Shown: positions 1 to 8,830 of the stretch, piece by piece
Position numbering within the stretch: the stretch's first letter is position 1
Layout of the letters: each line of letters opens with the position of its first letter
From: an uncultured Sandaracinaceae bacterium
GTDB lineage: Bacteria > Myxococcota_A > Polyangia > Polyangiales > Sandaracinaceae
Direction of reading: 5' to 3'
DNA: 54,252 bases
Assembly (NCBI GenBank): GCA_964480175.1
Contig: CAYZQM010000002.1
Location: 25,855 to 80,106 of the forward strand
Made by a program: the position numbers and the translations under genes
The notes under the pieces: generated by a model
Seen by the model: only the letters and a program-made list of their open reading frames with translations
Databases searched by the model: none
What the model was told of the DNA's origin: nothing

Positions 1-276
1 AGTGGGTGTCCCGAAGGGCCAAGAGGATCGTCATGATCGCGACCTCCGGGAGCCAGCCCGACCCGTCGTCCTTCACCAGCTCCACGAGCGGCTCGAGCCC
101 GTCGAGCGCGCCGCTGCGACGCAGCGAGGTGAAGAGCTCCGACGACGCGACGCAGTGTCGATGCGAGTCCCACCCGTCGGGCTGCCTCGCCAAGTACGCG
201 CGCGCCGTCGGATAGGTCGTGAGCGCGTCGCCCGCGCTCGCGGCGTCCAGCTCTTCGCTCGCGCTCGCCCCTGGCA
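1..276 (-). CDS. hypothetical protein, N-terminal part only (gene runs off the left edge)
   Basis: Not in the ORF track because no stop lies in the window. Reverse-strand ATG at 276..274 directly abuts the spoVR stop codon (279..277). Reads MPGASASEELDAASAGDALTTYPTARAYLARQPDGWDSHRH... with G/C at nearly every third codon position. Confidence 0.5.
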
Positions 277-3015
277 TCACTTCAGCGGACGCTGGATGTG
301 CTCTTTGCCGTCGAAGCGCAGGAGGTTCGGCTTGCCCTCGATGCGGGTGTGGATCTCGACGGGCCTTCGCCAGACCCGCACCAGCGCCTTGAGCACCTCG
401 CGCGCCCAGTCGACCTTGAGATCGATGCCCTGGTGATCGTGACGCAAGAGCAGCTCGCCCCGGTTGCCGAGGTTCGCGTCTTCGACGTGGATGAAGGGCT
501 GCCCCGCGTTGGTGAGCTGAAAGAGGAGCTTCTCCTTCACCTCCTTGAACTTGCGGGTCTCGATCTCGAAGCGCTCGTTGCGCGCGTTCCAGCCGAACGC
601 GTAGAGCTTGTGCTCGGCGGCGAACTCGGGGGTGAGGAACTCGTCGATGAAGGTCACGTCCGTGTAGAGCTTGCGGACCTCGAAGATCTTCTTCTTGCCC
701 TCGCCCGCCTTGCGGTTCCAGCTGCGGCGCGCCTCGAGATCGTCGCAGTCCTCCCACTCCTTGCCGTGCTGACCGCGGTTCCATCGATCTTCGACGTGGC
801 GATAGAGCTCGACCCCGAGCTTGTACGGGTTCAGCCGCCCGCCGCCCGACTCCATCACGCCCGCGTTGCGCTCGGCGTACTCGATGATCTCGCCGTCGTC
901 GCAGACCTTCTCGGTCATCAGCTTGCTGTGCCAGTAGCTGTTGTGGCTGATGAAGCCCGCCGAGGCGTAGCGGTGGGTCTCGGCGACGGTGATGTCGTAG
1001 ACGTCGGCGCGACCTTCTTCGATCGACACCACCTCGTCGGTCCAGTCCTCGCGCTTCATCCAGCGGTGCGCGTCCACGTACGCCTCGAGCGCCGCTTGCT
1101 TGCGTGCCAAGCCGAACCCGAAGCTCGAGGCGAAGCGCTTGGCCGAAGCGCCCTTCACCTCGAGCCGGTACACGCCATCGCGCGCGAGCCGCCGGCGGCA
1201 GAGCACGCCCTCGTTGAGCAAGAGGAGCATCGTCTGGCGGCTCATCGTCTCGCTCGCCGACGAGAGCACCACGCCGCTCGGTCCGGCGTGGCCGTCGCAG
1301 TCGAAGTACGCGCGGAGGAACGCGCGCACGACGCCTCGGGGCGAGCGAAGCACGGCCGCGGGGATCGCCTTGGCGCGCGCGCTGGGTCCGGTCGTCAGCC
1401 CGAGGTGATCGACCAGGAGCGAGGTCAGCGACTGCGACGAGATCGAGACCCGGAGCTTGCCGCGCTCCTCGCGGATCCGCGGATGGACGTCGAAGAGCTC
1501 GGTCGCGAGCTGCGCGAAGCGCTCGGCCTGAGGACGATCGCCGGTGGTCAGCCCGAGGGTGCGCTTCACCGTGCTGATGTGTCCGTCGCCGCAGAGGTAG
1601 CCGAGGAACGCGCCGAAGCGCTCGTCCAGCGTGGCGGGCACCGTGATCGTGGCGCGCCGTGAGGGCTGGATGCGCTCGGTCGCTTCGTAGTGCTGGAGCG
1701 CCATCGCGATCGCGTCACCCTGACGGGTCCGCTTGCCCGCCTTGTGCCGCAGCACGGTCCACACCGACGTGCCGGCTCGTCGTGCCACGTCGTGCAGCGT
1801 CAGCGTCGTCTTCGGCGTCCAGGTGATGGGCACCTCGCGCTCGGGCCACAGACCACACCCGCCCGTCACCCGCAGCGCGTCCCCGACGCGGAGCGCGTCC
1901 ATGCGGCTCCAGCTTCCGTCGGGACGCATCAGCCGGTGGTTGTCCGATCCCGTGAGCGTCAGACCGCGCCGCGTGTGGACGGTGATCGTGCGGTGGTCGC
2001 GGATGACGTGGCGATCGATCACCGCGCGCTCGGACTCGCCATCCGAGACGGTGCCCCCGCGCGCCTCGACGAGGGACCGCATCGGCAACAGACCCTCGCC
2101 CGTGAAGATCAGCGTGTCGGGGGCCACGCAGGCCCACCCTTCGTTCATGATCTTCGTCTGCATCTGGGGCCAGAAGTAGTAGGCCTCCGCGCGGATCGCC
2201 CAGAGCACGTCGCGCTCCCACCGCTCGAGCGGCGCGTGGTCGAGCAAGAAGCCGAGCACGTCGCGGTCGGGCTGCTCGGGGATCTTCTTCTTCGCCTCGC
2301 GCTCCTCGGCCAGCTTCTCACGCTGCTGGTCCATGAACTCGCGCGGGTTGATGAACTCCTCCATGTAGTCGCGCTCGTTGCGCAGGCGCCCCGGCTCCTC
2401 CGCGGCGTCGCCCTCGAGCAGCTCGTACTCCTTCTTGGCGGCGCGCGGCTTCTGCGGGATGAAGGGCTTCTGCGGATCGATCAGGTTCTCGAGCGACAAG
2501 CACACGTCGACGAACTCTTCGACCTTGTCCATGCCCACGCGGCTGCCCCAGCGGCGGATGGTCGCGCCGTGGTTCGCCATCGTGTCGATCCACTTTCGGA
2601 TCGGCTCGCCGGTCTCGCCGTCACGGCCCTGGTTGGTCGCGCTGAACGCGAAGTTGTTCTTGAAGAAGTCGACGTGCCCCAGCACGTGCGAGATGACGAG
2701 CTTCTGATCGACGATCGAGTTCCCCTCGAGCAAGTAGGCGATCGACGGGTTGTTGTTGATCACCATCTCGTAGATCTTGCTCAGGCCGTACTCGTAGCTC
2801 TTGGAGAGCTGCTCGTACTCCATCCCGAAGCGCCAGTGGGGGTAGCGCACCGGGAAGCCGCCATAGGCGGCGAGCTCGTTCATCTGGTCGTACGCGACGA
2901 CCTCGAAGAGGGTGGGGAAGAAGTCGAGGCCGTAGCTCTTGCCGTGCGCTTCGATCTGCTGCTGGATGTCGCGGAGGTAGCCGGGGACCTCGGTCGAGAG
3001 CGAGCTTCTAGCCAT
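277..3015 (-). CDS. spoVR: SpoVR family protein interrupted by an in-frame intein (912 aa precursor, about 515 aa after splicing)
   Basis: N-terminal region (YGLDFFPTLFEVV, FPVRYPHWRFGMEYE, HVLGHVDFFKNN) and C-terminal region (SYWHSKLM..., RLNPYKLG, DEFLTPEF) read as the SpoVR/YcgB family. The conserved IMNEGWA|SYWH motif is split by a 397-aa insert. Confidence 0.85.
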   Translation of the reverse strand: MARSSLSTEVPGYLRDIQQQIEAHGKSYGLDFFPTLFEVVAYDQMNELAAYGGFPVRYPHWRFGMEYEQLSKSYEYGLSKIYEMVINNNPSIAYLLEGNSIVDQKLVISHVLGHVDFFKNNFAFSATNQGRDGETGEPIRKWIDTMANHGATIRRWGSRVGMDKVEEFVDVCLSLENLIDPQKPFIPQKPRAAKKEYELLEGDAAEEPGRLRNERDYMEEFINPREFMDQQREKLAEEREAKKKIPEQPDRDVLGFLLDHAPLERWERDVLWAIRAEAYYFWPQMQTKIMNEGWACVAPDTLIFTGEGLLPMRSLVEARGGTVSDGESERAVIDRHVIRDHRTITVHTRRGLTLTGSDNHRLMRPDGSWSRMDALRVGDALRVTGGCGLWPEREVPITWTPKTTLTLHDVARRAGTSVWTVLRHKAGKRTRQGDAIAMALQHYEATERIQPSRRATITVPATLDERFGAFLGYLCGDGHISTVKRTLGLTTGDRPQAERFAQLATELFDVHPRIREERGKLRVSISSQSLTSLLVDHLGLTTGPSARAKAIPAAVLRSPRGVVRAFLRAYFDCDGHAGPSGVVLSSASETMSRQTMLLLLNEGVLCRRRLARDGVYRLEVKGASAKRFASSFGFGLARKQAALEAYVDAHRWMKREDWTDEVVSIEEGRADVYDITVAETHRYASAGFISHNSYWHSKLMTEKVCDDGEIIEYAERNAGVMESGGGRLNPYKLGVELYRHVEDRWNRGQHGKEWEDCDDLEARRSWNRKAGEGKKKIFEVRKLYTDVTFIDEFLTPEFAAEHKLYAFGWNARNERFEIETRKFKEVKEKLLFQLTNAGQPFIHVEDANLGNRGELLLRHDHQGIDLKVDWAREVLKALVRVWRRPVEIHTRIEGKPNLLRFDGKEHIQRPLK
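940..2130 (-). mobile_element. intein (Hint domain plus LAGLIDADG homing-endonuclease domain) within spoVR
   Basis: Insert starts with Cys (codon 2130..2128, CVAPDTLIFTGEG, block A). Block B is LTGSDNHRLM (TxxH). Two LAGLIDADG motifs are present: FLGYLCGDGHI and FLRAYFDCDGHAG. Blocks F/G are VYDITVAETHRYAS and GFISHN, ending at Asn codon 942..940, followed by +1 Ser (SYWH). I verified the coordinates codon by codon. Confidence 0.85.
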
Positions 3016-3151
3016 GGCTGGCTAGTGTCGCACGATTTGATCCGACGGCCCCGGTGCAAGCAGGGCAAGCGGGGATGGGGCCCCGCGCGCAGGGAGCGAA
3101 GCGACCGAAGCGTCGCGGGTGGGGCCCCGGCGGACTCACTCCGACGGGGGA

Positions 3152-3168
3152 GGGGCTGCGACAGCCCC
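3152..3168 (-). terminator. GC-rich hairpin immediately after the stop of the 3170..4201 gene
   Basis: GGGGCTG-cga-CAGCCCC, a 7-bp perfect stem beginning 2 nt past the stop codon (3172..3170). There is no U-tract, so this is only a candidate. Confidence 0.3.
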
Positions 3169-3169
3169 T

Positions 3170-4201
3170 CTAGAAGAGCGAGGCGCCGCTCTGCATCGTG
3201 AAGAGCGCCCAGGGTGCGGCTGCGAGGACGAGCGCGACGAGCCACGCGATCGCCGCGCCGCGCGCCAGCCTCGCGCCGAGCACGTCGAGGACCTCCGCGT
3301 TCGCCTCGGGGTCGGTCGCAGCCCGCCGGACGAAGCGGGTGATGCCGACGGCGAGGCCGCGCGAGACGGCGACGAAGAGCGCGACGTAGAGCAGCCAGCC
3401 GATGCCCAGCGCCTCGTCACCGTGCAGGAGACAGAACGGGCAGAGGTGGTTGGGCGTGCCGTACGCGTGCGGCGCCACCCACGTCACGATCGCGAGCGGC
3501 GCGGCCACCAGCGACAGCGCGCTGAAGAGCGCGACCGCGCGCGCCCCGTGATCGCTGCTCTTGCGGAGCTGCACGATCGCCGCGATCAGTGCGAGCGCGC
3601 CGAACCCGAAAAACGAGGCGACGAACGCCATGCGCGGGCCGCCGTCGTGGCCGAGCACCTCGCGCGTCGCCTCGAGGCCACTCGAGCAGCACGAGGCGAC
3701 CTCGCGGAAGTCGAGCGCGAGCGCGTGCGCGGTGGAGAGCACGAAGTCCGCGGCGAAGAGCGGCGCGAGGGCCGCGGCGCAGAAGAGCTCGAGCTGGGTG
3801 AGCACCGGACGCTTCAGCGCCAGCCCTGCGCGGTGCAGCGCGAGCCACGCGCTCGCCCCGAGCGCCGCCGCGAGCGCGACGAAGAGCGAGCGGAAGCCGT
3901 AGGACGTGGCCTCGAGCACGCCGTACGCGCACATCGCGCCGCGCAGCGATCCGTGCATGCGATCCGCGCCGACGACGGCAACCGCGAGCGAGCCGATCGC
4001 GCACCACGCCGCCACCGCGGTGAGCGTCCCGATGAGCTCGGCGCGGCGATCGAGGAGCAGCTGCCCTTCACTCGAGCGCGCCAGCGCGGGCGCGCGCAAC
4101 AGCCGCACCGCGAGCACCACCACCACGACCGCGAGCACCGCACCGGTGCCGGACGTCACCAAGCGCGCGAGCAGCCAAGGGCGGAGCAGGTTGCCGAGCA
4201 C
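3170..4201 (-). CDS. polytopic integral membrane protein, function unknown
   Basis: 343-aa ORF with GTG start and about 8 hydrophobic segments. Conserved-looking Cys motifs are present (SCCSS, HLCPFCLLH). The opposite-strand ORFs here are Arg-rich shadows. Confidence 0.6.
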   Translation of the reverse strand: MLGNLLRPWLLARLVTSGTGAVLAVVVVVLAVRLLRAPALARSSEGQLLLDRRAELIGTLTAVAAWCAIGSLAVAVVGADRMHGSLRGAMCAYGVLEATSYGFRSLFVALAAALGASAWLALHRAGLALKRPVLTQLELFCAAALAPLFAADFVLSTAHALALDFREVASCCSSGLEATREVLGHDGGPRMAFVASFFGFGALALIAAIVQLRKSSDHGARAVALFSALSLVAAPLAIVTWVAPHAYGTPNHLCPFCLLHGDEALGIGWLLYVALFVAVSRGLAVGITRFVRRAATDPEANAEVLDVLGARLARGAAIAWLVALVLAAAPWALFTMQSGASLF

Positions 4202-4274
4202 GCCGAGGTCATGGGCGTCGGCGCGGAGGTTCGCAAGCGGCCGTCAGGCGGCGCGCGCCGCGGGTCGCGAGGTC

Positions 4275-5921
4275 TCAGCGGGGGCGGGAGAAGATGTCCG
4301 GGATCTTCAGGTCGCCGCCGCCCGTGCCGCCGGTGCCTCCGCCGCCCGGATCGTCGTCGCCACCGCCGCCGCTCGGGGGGCGGGCGACCAAGCGCAGCGT
4401 GACCGGCGCCATCCCTTCGCTCGGCGTCAGCGTCACCTCGCCGCGGGCGCGTCCGCGCGCGGCGCGGATCGTCACCTCTTGGCCGGCCGGCAGCTCGAAG
4501 GTGCAAGGCGTCTCGGTGCACACGTCGCCGCGATCGACGATCCACACGCGCGCGCCCGACGGGTTCGTCTCCATGCGGATGGCGACGCGCGCAGGACCCG
4601 CGTCGGGTGCGCCCGCGTCCGGCTCCTCGATCACCGGCGGGCCCGCGTCGGGCTCCAGGGCAGCCACGGCCACCGCGCCCGCGTCGGGTGCGTCCGCGAG
4701 CACGGGCTCGACGGTGTCGCGCGGACCGAGGGCGAGGTACGCGCCCACTCCCGCAGCGATCACCAGCGCCGCGACCAGCGCGATCCACGGCGCGTTGCTG
4801 CGCGGCGGCGGCGTCAGATCCATCTCGGTCGCCGCCGCGCCGATCGCCCGCGCGGTCTTCGCGCGCGCCTTCACCGGCTCGCCGTGCCCGTACAGCGTCT
4901 GCTTGCTGGTGGGATCGATCCGCACCGCTTGGCCCTCGAGCGCGCCCTCGAGCGCGCGGGCCATCTCGTCGCACGACTGGAAGCGATCCTCGGGCGCCTT
5001 CGCCAGCGCCTTGGTGATGAACGACTCGATCGCCGGGTTCTCGGCGTAGCTCGGGTTGAACGCGGCGAGCTGCGGGATCGGCTCGAACATGTGCTGCGTC
5101 AGGATCCCCATGAAGGTGTCGCCGACGAAGGGCACCTTGCCCGCGAGCATCTCGAAGAAGATCACCCCGAGCGCGTAGATGTCGACGCGGTGATCGAGGT
5201 CGGGCTTCCCCGCCGCCTGCTCGGGCGACATGTACTCGGGCGTCCCGAAGATCATCCCGGTCTTGGTCAGCTTGCGACCCGGCGCGCCGGGGGTCTCGAC
5301 GTCGCTCATCTTCGCGATGCCGAAGTCCACGATCTTCACGAAGTCCGCGCGGCCGTCGCGCTCGGTGAGGAAGATGTTCTCGGGCTTCATGTCCCGATGG
5401 ACGATCCCCTTGCCGTGCGCGGCGCCGAGCGCGCGGCAGCACTGCAAGATCACGTCGGCCGCGCGCGCGAGCGGCAGGATCGCCTCCTTGGCGAGCGCGT
5501 TCGCGAGGTCCTCGCCGGAGAGCAGCTCCATCACGAAGTACGAGGCGCCGTTCGGCATCTCGCCGAAGTCCGAGATGTCGACGATGTGCGCGTTGCCGAT
5601 GCGCGAGGCGCTCTTGGCCTCTTGGCGGAAGCGCTCGACCACTTCGGAGCGGCTGGAGAAGTCATCCCGCAGGATCTTGAGCGCCACCCGCTTCTCGAGC
5701 GCCGTGTGCTCCGCCTCGTACACGAAGCCCATCCCGCCCTCGCCGATGCGGCGGATGATCCGGTAGCGATCGTCGATGGTCAGCCCTACCAGCGGATCGC
5801 CGCCCTCGGGCTTGGGCATCTGCATCTGCGACGGCGTCTCGAGGCGCGTCGCGTCGTTCGGGCAGAAGACCTCGCCGCCAGCAAACTCGTTCTTGCAAGC
5901 CGGGCAGATCTTCACGGTCAA
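4275..5921 (-). CDS. Hanks-type Ser/Thr protein kinase with N-terminal zinc ribbon, TM helix and C-terminal PEGA-like domain
   Basis: CPACKNEF...FCPNDATRL zinc ribbon. Kinase motifs GEGGMGFVYEA, VALKIL, HRDMKPENIFL, DFGIAKM and GTPEYMSPEQ. TM segment WIALVAALVIAAGVGAYL. C-terminal PSGARVWIVDRGDVCTETPCTFELPAGQEVTIRA. TTG start per the track. Confidence 0.9.
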   Translation of the reverse strand: MTVKICPACKNEFAGGEVFCPNDATRLETPSQMQMPKPEGGDPLVGLTIDDRYRIIRRIGEGGMGFVYEAEHTALEKRVALKILRDDFSSRSEVVERFRQEAKSASRIGNAHIVDISDFGEMPNGASYFVMELLSGEDLANALAKEAILPLARAADVILQCCRALGAAHGKGIVHRDMKPENIFLTERDGRADFVKIVDFGIAKMSDVETPGAPGRKLTKTGMIFGTPEYMSPEQAAGKPDLDHRVDIYALGVIFFEMLAGKVPFVGDTFMGILTQHMFEPIPQLAAFNPSYAENPAIESFITKALAKAPEDRFQSCDEMARALEGALEGQAVRIDPTSKQTLYGHGEPVKARAKTARAIGAAATEMDLTPPPRSNAPWIALVAALVIAAGVGAYLALGPRDTVEPVLADAPDAGAVAVAALEPDAGPPVIEEPDAGAPDAGPARVAIRMETNPSGARVWIVDRGDVCTETPCTFELPAGQEVTIRAARGRARGEVTLTPSEGMAPVTLRLVARPPSGGGGDDDPGGGGTGGTGGGDLKIPDIFSRPR

Positions 5922-6028
5922 CGGAGGCGCCTCATCGCAGAACGAACCGGACGCGACGCTAGCAGAGCGCTCGCTCTGGGGTCAACGACGCGCCGAGGCC
6001 AGCACGCATCGTTCACACGCCGGCGCCT

Positions 6029-6958
6029 TCAGCCGCAGGTGTCGGCGACCGTGAACGTGCGGGTCGTGTCGTTGAACGGACCCGCGATGGCGGTGCCGTC
6101 GGCGCCGAGCAGCTCGAGGCGGATCTCGTGGCTGCCCTCGCTCAGGTTCTCGATGTAGTGCGGGGCCCAGCGGGTGATCTCGCCGCTGCGACCATCGAGC
6201 GTCCAGCGGATGCGCGAGCCATCCGCGGCGAGCGTCGTGTTGGTGACGAAGAAGTCGAGCAGCACCCGCTCGCCCGCGACGTTGCAGCCCTTGGGACGGC
6301 TGTAGGTGAGGAGCGGCGCCGAGGCGTCGAACGAGAAGTCCGGCGTCGCGCTGCGGTAGTGGAAGGTGACCGTCGCGAACGCGCCCGCGTCCTTCACCGA
6401 CTCGTGGTGACCGCGCGAAGGAAACATGCGGAGCACGTGGGTGCCTTCGCTGAGCTCGTGCCCGAGGTTCTCCTGCACCACCGCGTTCAGATCGATCGGG
6501 GCGCCCGTGTTGCGGATCGCGATGTACGGCTCGTTGTCCAAGATCAGATGCACGTGCGGGCCCTGCGGGGAGGCGAGCTCCCAGTTCGCGAGGTTCACCC
6601 GCACGGAGACGTTGCCGGTGCGGATCGTCGCGCCGTTGCGGGGCGCGGTGATGCGCAGCGTGGGCGTCGCACCCTCGATCGGCGTGGACTCACCGACCAC
6701 GATCGTCGCGGGCGCAGCCGAGGCCTCGGCGCCATCACCTTCGTCCTCGACCGCGTCGCCCTCGTCGCCGCCGCTGCTCGCCTCCTCCTCGAGGGGCGCG
6801 AGCTCCATGTCGTCGGCGCTGATGTCGGTCACGGTGACGTCGGGCATCGCGGGCCGAACGTCGCTGCCGCCGCAGCCCAAGCTCAGCGCGGCGGTGGGCA
6901 CCGCGAGGCTGAGGACACAGAGGAGGAGCCCGAGGTTCTTGCCAGACCGGATCGACAT
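6029..6958 (-). CDS. lipoprotein, function unknown
   Basis: Signal peptide with lipobox (LLLCVLSLAVPTAALSLGC), an acidic linker, then beta-rich sequence. ATG start at 6958. Confidence 0.65.
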   Translation of the reverse strand: MSIRSGKNLGLLLCVLSLAVPTAALSLGCGGSDVRPAMPDVTVTDISADDMELAPLEEEASSGGDEGDAVEDEGDGAEASAAPATIVVGESTPIEGATPTLRITAPRNGATIRTGNVSVRVNLANWELASPQGPHVHLILDNEPYIAIRNTGAPIDLNAVVQENLGHELSEGTHVLRMFPSRGHHESVKDAGAFATVTFHYRSATPDFSFDASAPLLTYSRPKGCNVAGERVLLDFFVTNTTLAADGSRIRWTLDGRSGEITRWAPHYIENLSEGSHEIRLELLGADGTAIAGPFNDTTRTFTVADTCG

Positions 6959-7016
6959 GCCCGCCGTTGTCGATCATTTGCCGAGCGCCCGCAAGAGGGC
7001 ACTTCGGGTCGGTCTC

Positions 7017-7895
7017 TCAGATCGGCAGCGCGGCCGGGGCGGGCCAGGTCTCGCCCACCCCGAAGCGGCCGTCGGTCTCTTCGACTTTCGCCATCGCGCA
7101 CTCGGCGTCGTGGGTGAAGAAGAGGCGCCCCTCGCGCGCCACCAAGTCCGTGAGCAGCGCGGTCTTCTCGTCGATCAAGAGCTCGGGGTAGCGGTCGTAG
7201 CCCATCGTGATCGGCAGGTGCACCCACGGGCGCCCAGGGATGAGATCGGCGCCGAACACGATGGGCCCTGCCTCGCTCGGCACCTCCGCGAGCATCAACC
7301 CGGGCGTGTGGCCCGACGATCGATGCAGGCGGTAGTCGGGCCCGAGCACGCCCGAGGTCTCGCCCTCGACGACCTCGAGCCGGCCGCTCCCCTCGAGCAG
7401 CCCGATGAGCTCGGGGATGAACGACGCCTTGTCTCTGGCGTGCGGATGCTTGGCCCGATCCCACGCCTCCGCCCCGACCACGAAGCGCGCGTTGGGGAAG
7501 AGCAGCGTCGGCGCCGCGCCCTCCTCGTACGCGCTCAAGAGCCCACCCGCGTGATCGAAGTGCAGGTGCGAGAGCACGACCACGTCGATCTGCTCGTGGC
7601 TCAGGCCGATCTCCGCGAGCGAGCGCAGGAGCACGTGCTCCGGCTCCACCACCCCGAATCGATCCCGCATCTTCGGAGAGAAGAACGCCCCGATCCCGGT
7701 CTCGAAGAGGATCCGCCGCGCTCGATCGCCGTCCTTCTCTTCGATGAGCATCGCCCGACAGGCCAGGGGGATCCGGTTGCGCTCGTCCGGCGCGATCCAC
7801 CGCTCCCACACGGCGCGGGGCGCGTTGCCGAACATCGCGCCCCCGTCGAGGCGCTGGGTGTTGCCCTTCAGGGCCGTCAGGGTGCGGGTGACCAT
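7017..7895 (-). CDS. MBL-fold metallo-hydrolase
   Basis: [14 protein letters not shown] (HxHxDH motif) and a later SSGHTPG. I prefer the ATG at 7895 (MVTRTL...) over the track GTG at 7937; the start is uncertain. Confidence 0.8.
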   Translation of the reverse strand: MVTRTLTALKGNTQRLDGGAMFGNAPRAVWERWIAPDERNRIPLACRAMLIEEKDGDRARRILFETGIGAFFSPKMRDRFGVVEPEHVLLRSLAEIGLSHEQIDVVVLSHLHFDHAGGLLSAYEEGAAPTLLFPNARFVVGAEAWDRAKHPHARDKASFIPELIGLLEGSGRLEVVEGETSGVLGPDYRLHRSSGHTPGLMLAEVPSEAGPIVFGADLIPGRPWVHLPITMGYDRYPELLIDEKTALLTDLVAREGRLFFTHDAECAMAKVEETDGRFGVGETWPAPAALPI

Positions 7896-7996
7896 GCGGG
7901 TGGGTCTACCAGCCGGGCCCGCGACCTCCAACCTCACGCTTCTTTCTTCCTAGCGCTGGCCATCCGCCGCCATCTCGGGCTAACGTCCCCGCCACG

Positions 7997-8815
7997 ATGC
8001 TGGATCGCGAGCTGGTCGAGGCCGTCAAGGTCGCCCGTGAAGCAGGATCAATCCTCCTCGACATCTACGGGACCGACTTCGCCGTCGAGCAGAAGGGCCC
8101 GAGCGATCCCGTCACCGAGGCCGACCGCCAGGTGAACGCGCTCTTGGTCTCGCGCATCCGCGAGACCTTCCCCTCCGACGGCATCGTCGCGGAAGAGGGC
8201 GGCTCGCAGGTGGGCCGCGACCCGAGCCGGGTCTGGTACATCGATCCGCTGGATGGCACCAAGGAGTTCATCGCGAAGAACGGCGAGTTCTCCGTGATGA
8301 TCGGCCTGGCCGTCGAAGGCGAGGCGCGCCTCGGCGTCGTCTACCAGCCGAGCACCGGCAAGCTCTACCGAGGCGTCGTCGGCGACGGCGCGTTCTACGA
8401 GGTGGGCGACAAGACCTGGCTGCTGAAGGTCTCCGACACTGCGGATCCCGCGCAGCTGCGCTTGGTGGTCTCGCGCTCGCACCGCCCCGAGTCGACGGGC
8501 GCGCTGATGGAGAAGCTCGGCATCACCGCGGAGCGTCCCAGCGGTTCGGTCGGCTTGAAGGTCGGGCTCATCGCCGAGCGGCAGGCCGACCTCTACGTCC
8601 ACATGTCGAACCGCACGAGCAGCTGGGACGCGTGCGCGCCCGACGCGATCCTGCGCGCGGCCGGCGGACAGTTCACCGATCTGAGCGGTCGCCCGCTCCG
8701 CTACGACCCGGCCAAGACCGAGAACCCGCACGGGATCCTCGCGTGCAACCGCAAGTCGTTCGACAAGGTCCTGCCAGTCGTCGAAGAGCTCGCCAAGGGC
8801 GCCGGCCTCGTCTGA
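7997..8815 (+). CDS. cysQ: inositol-monophosphatase-family enzyme, CysQ-like 3'(2'),5'-bisphosphate nucleotidase
   Basis: PVTEADR, GIVAEE, WYIDPLDGTKEFI and SSWDACAP motifs in the IMPase/CysQ order; 272 aa. Confidence 0.75.
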   Translation: MLDRELVEAVKVAREAGSILLDIYGTDFAVEQKGPSDPVTEADRQVNALLVSRIRETFPSDGIVAEEGGSQVGRDPSRVWYIDPLDGTKEFIAKNGEFSVMIGLAVEGEARLGVVYQPSTGKLYRGVVGDGAFYEVGDKTWLLKVSDTADPAQLRLVVSRSHRPESTGALMEKLGITAERPSGSVGLKVGLIAERQADLYVHMSNRTSSWDACAPDAILRAAGGQFTDLSGRPLRYDPAKTENPHGILACNRKSFDKVLPVVEELAKGAGLV

Positions 8816-8830
8816 GCTCGACGTCCGCGC

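Noticed and set aside
3170-4201. Possible VKOR/DsbB-like thiol oxidoreductase, based on the CPFC motif within a TM helix
   Set aside because: A single CxxC plus hydrophobicity is not enough. The helix count and the other Cys positions do not clearly match VKOR as I recall it. I left it as an unknown membrane protein.
3906-6158. 750-aa plus-strand ORF (and 3119..4402, 4156..5442)
   Set aside because: Antisense to, or out of frame with, the Ser/Thr kinase and membrane-protein genes. Low-complexity Arg/Ala composition.
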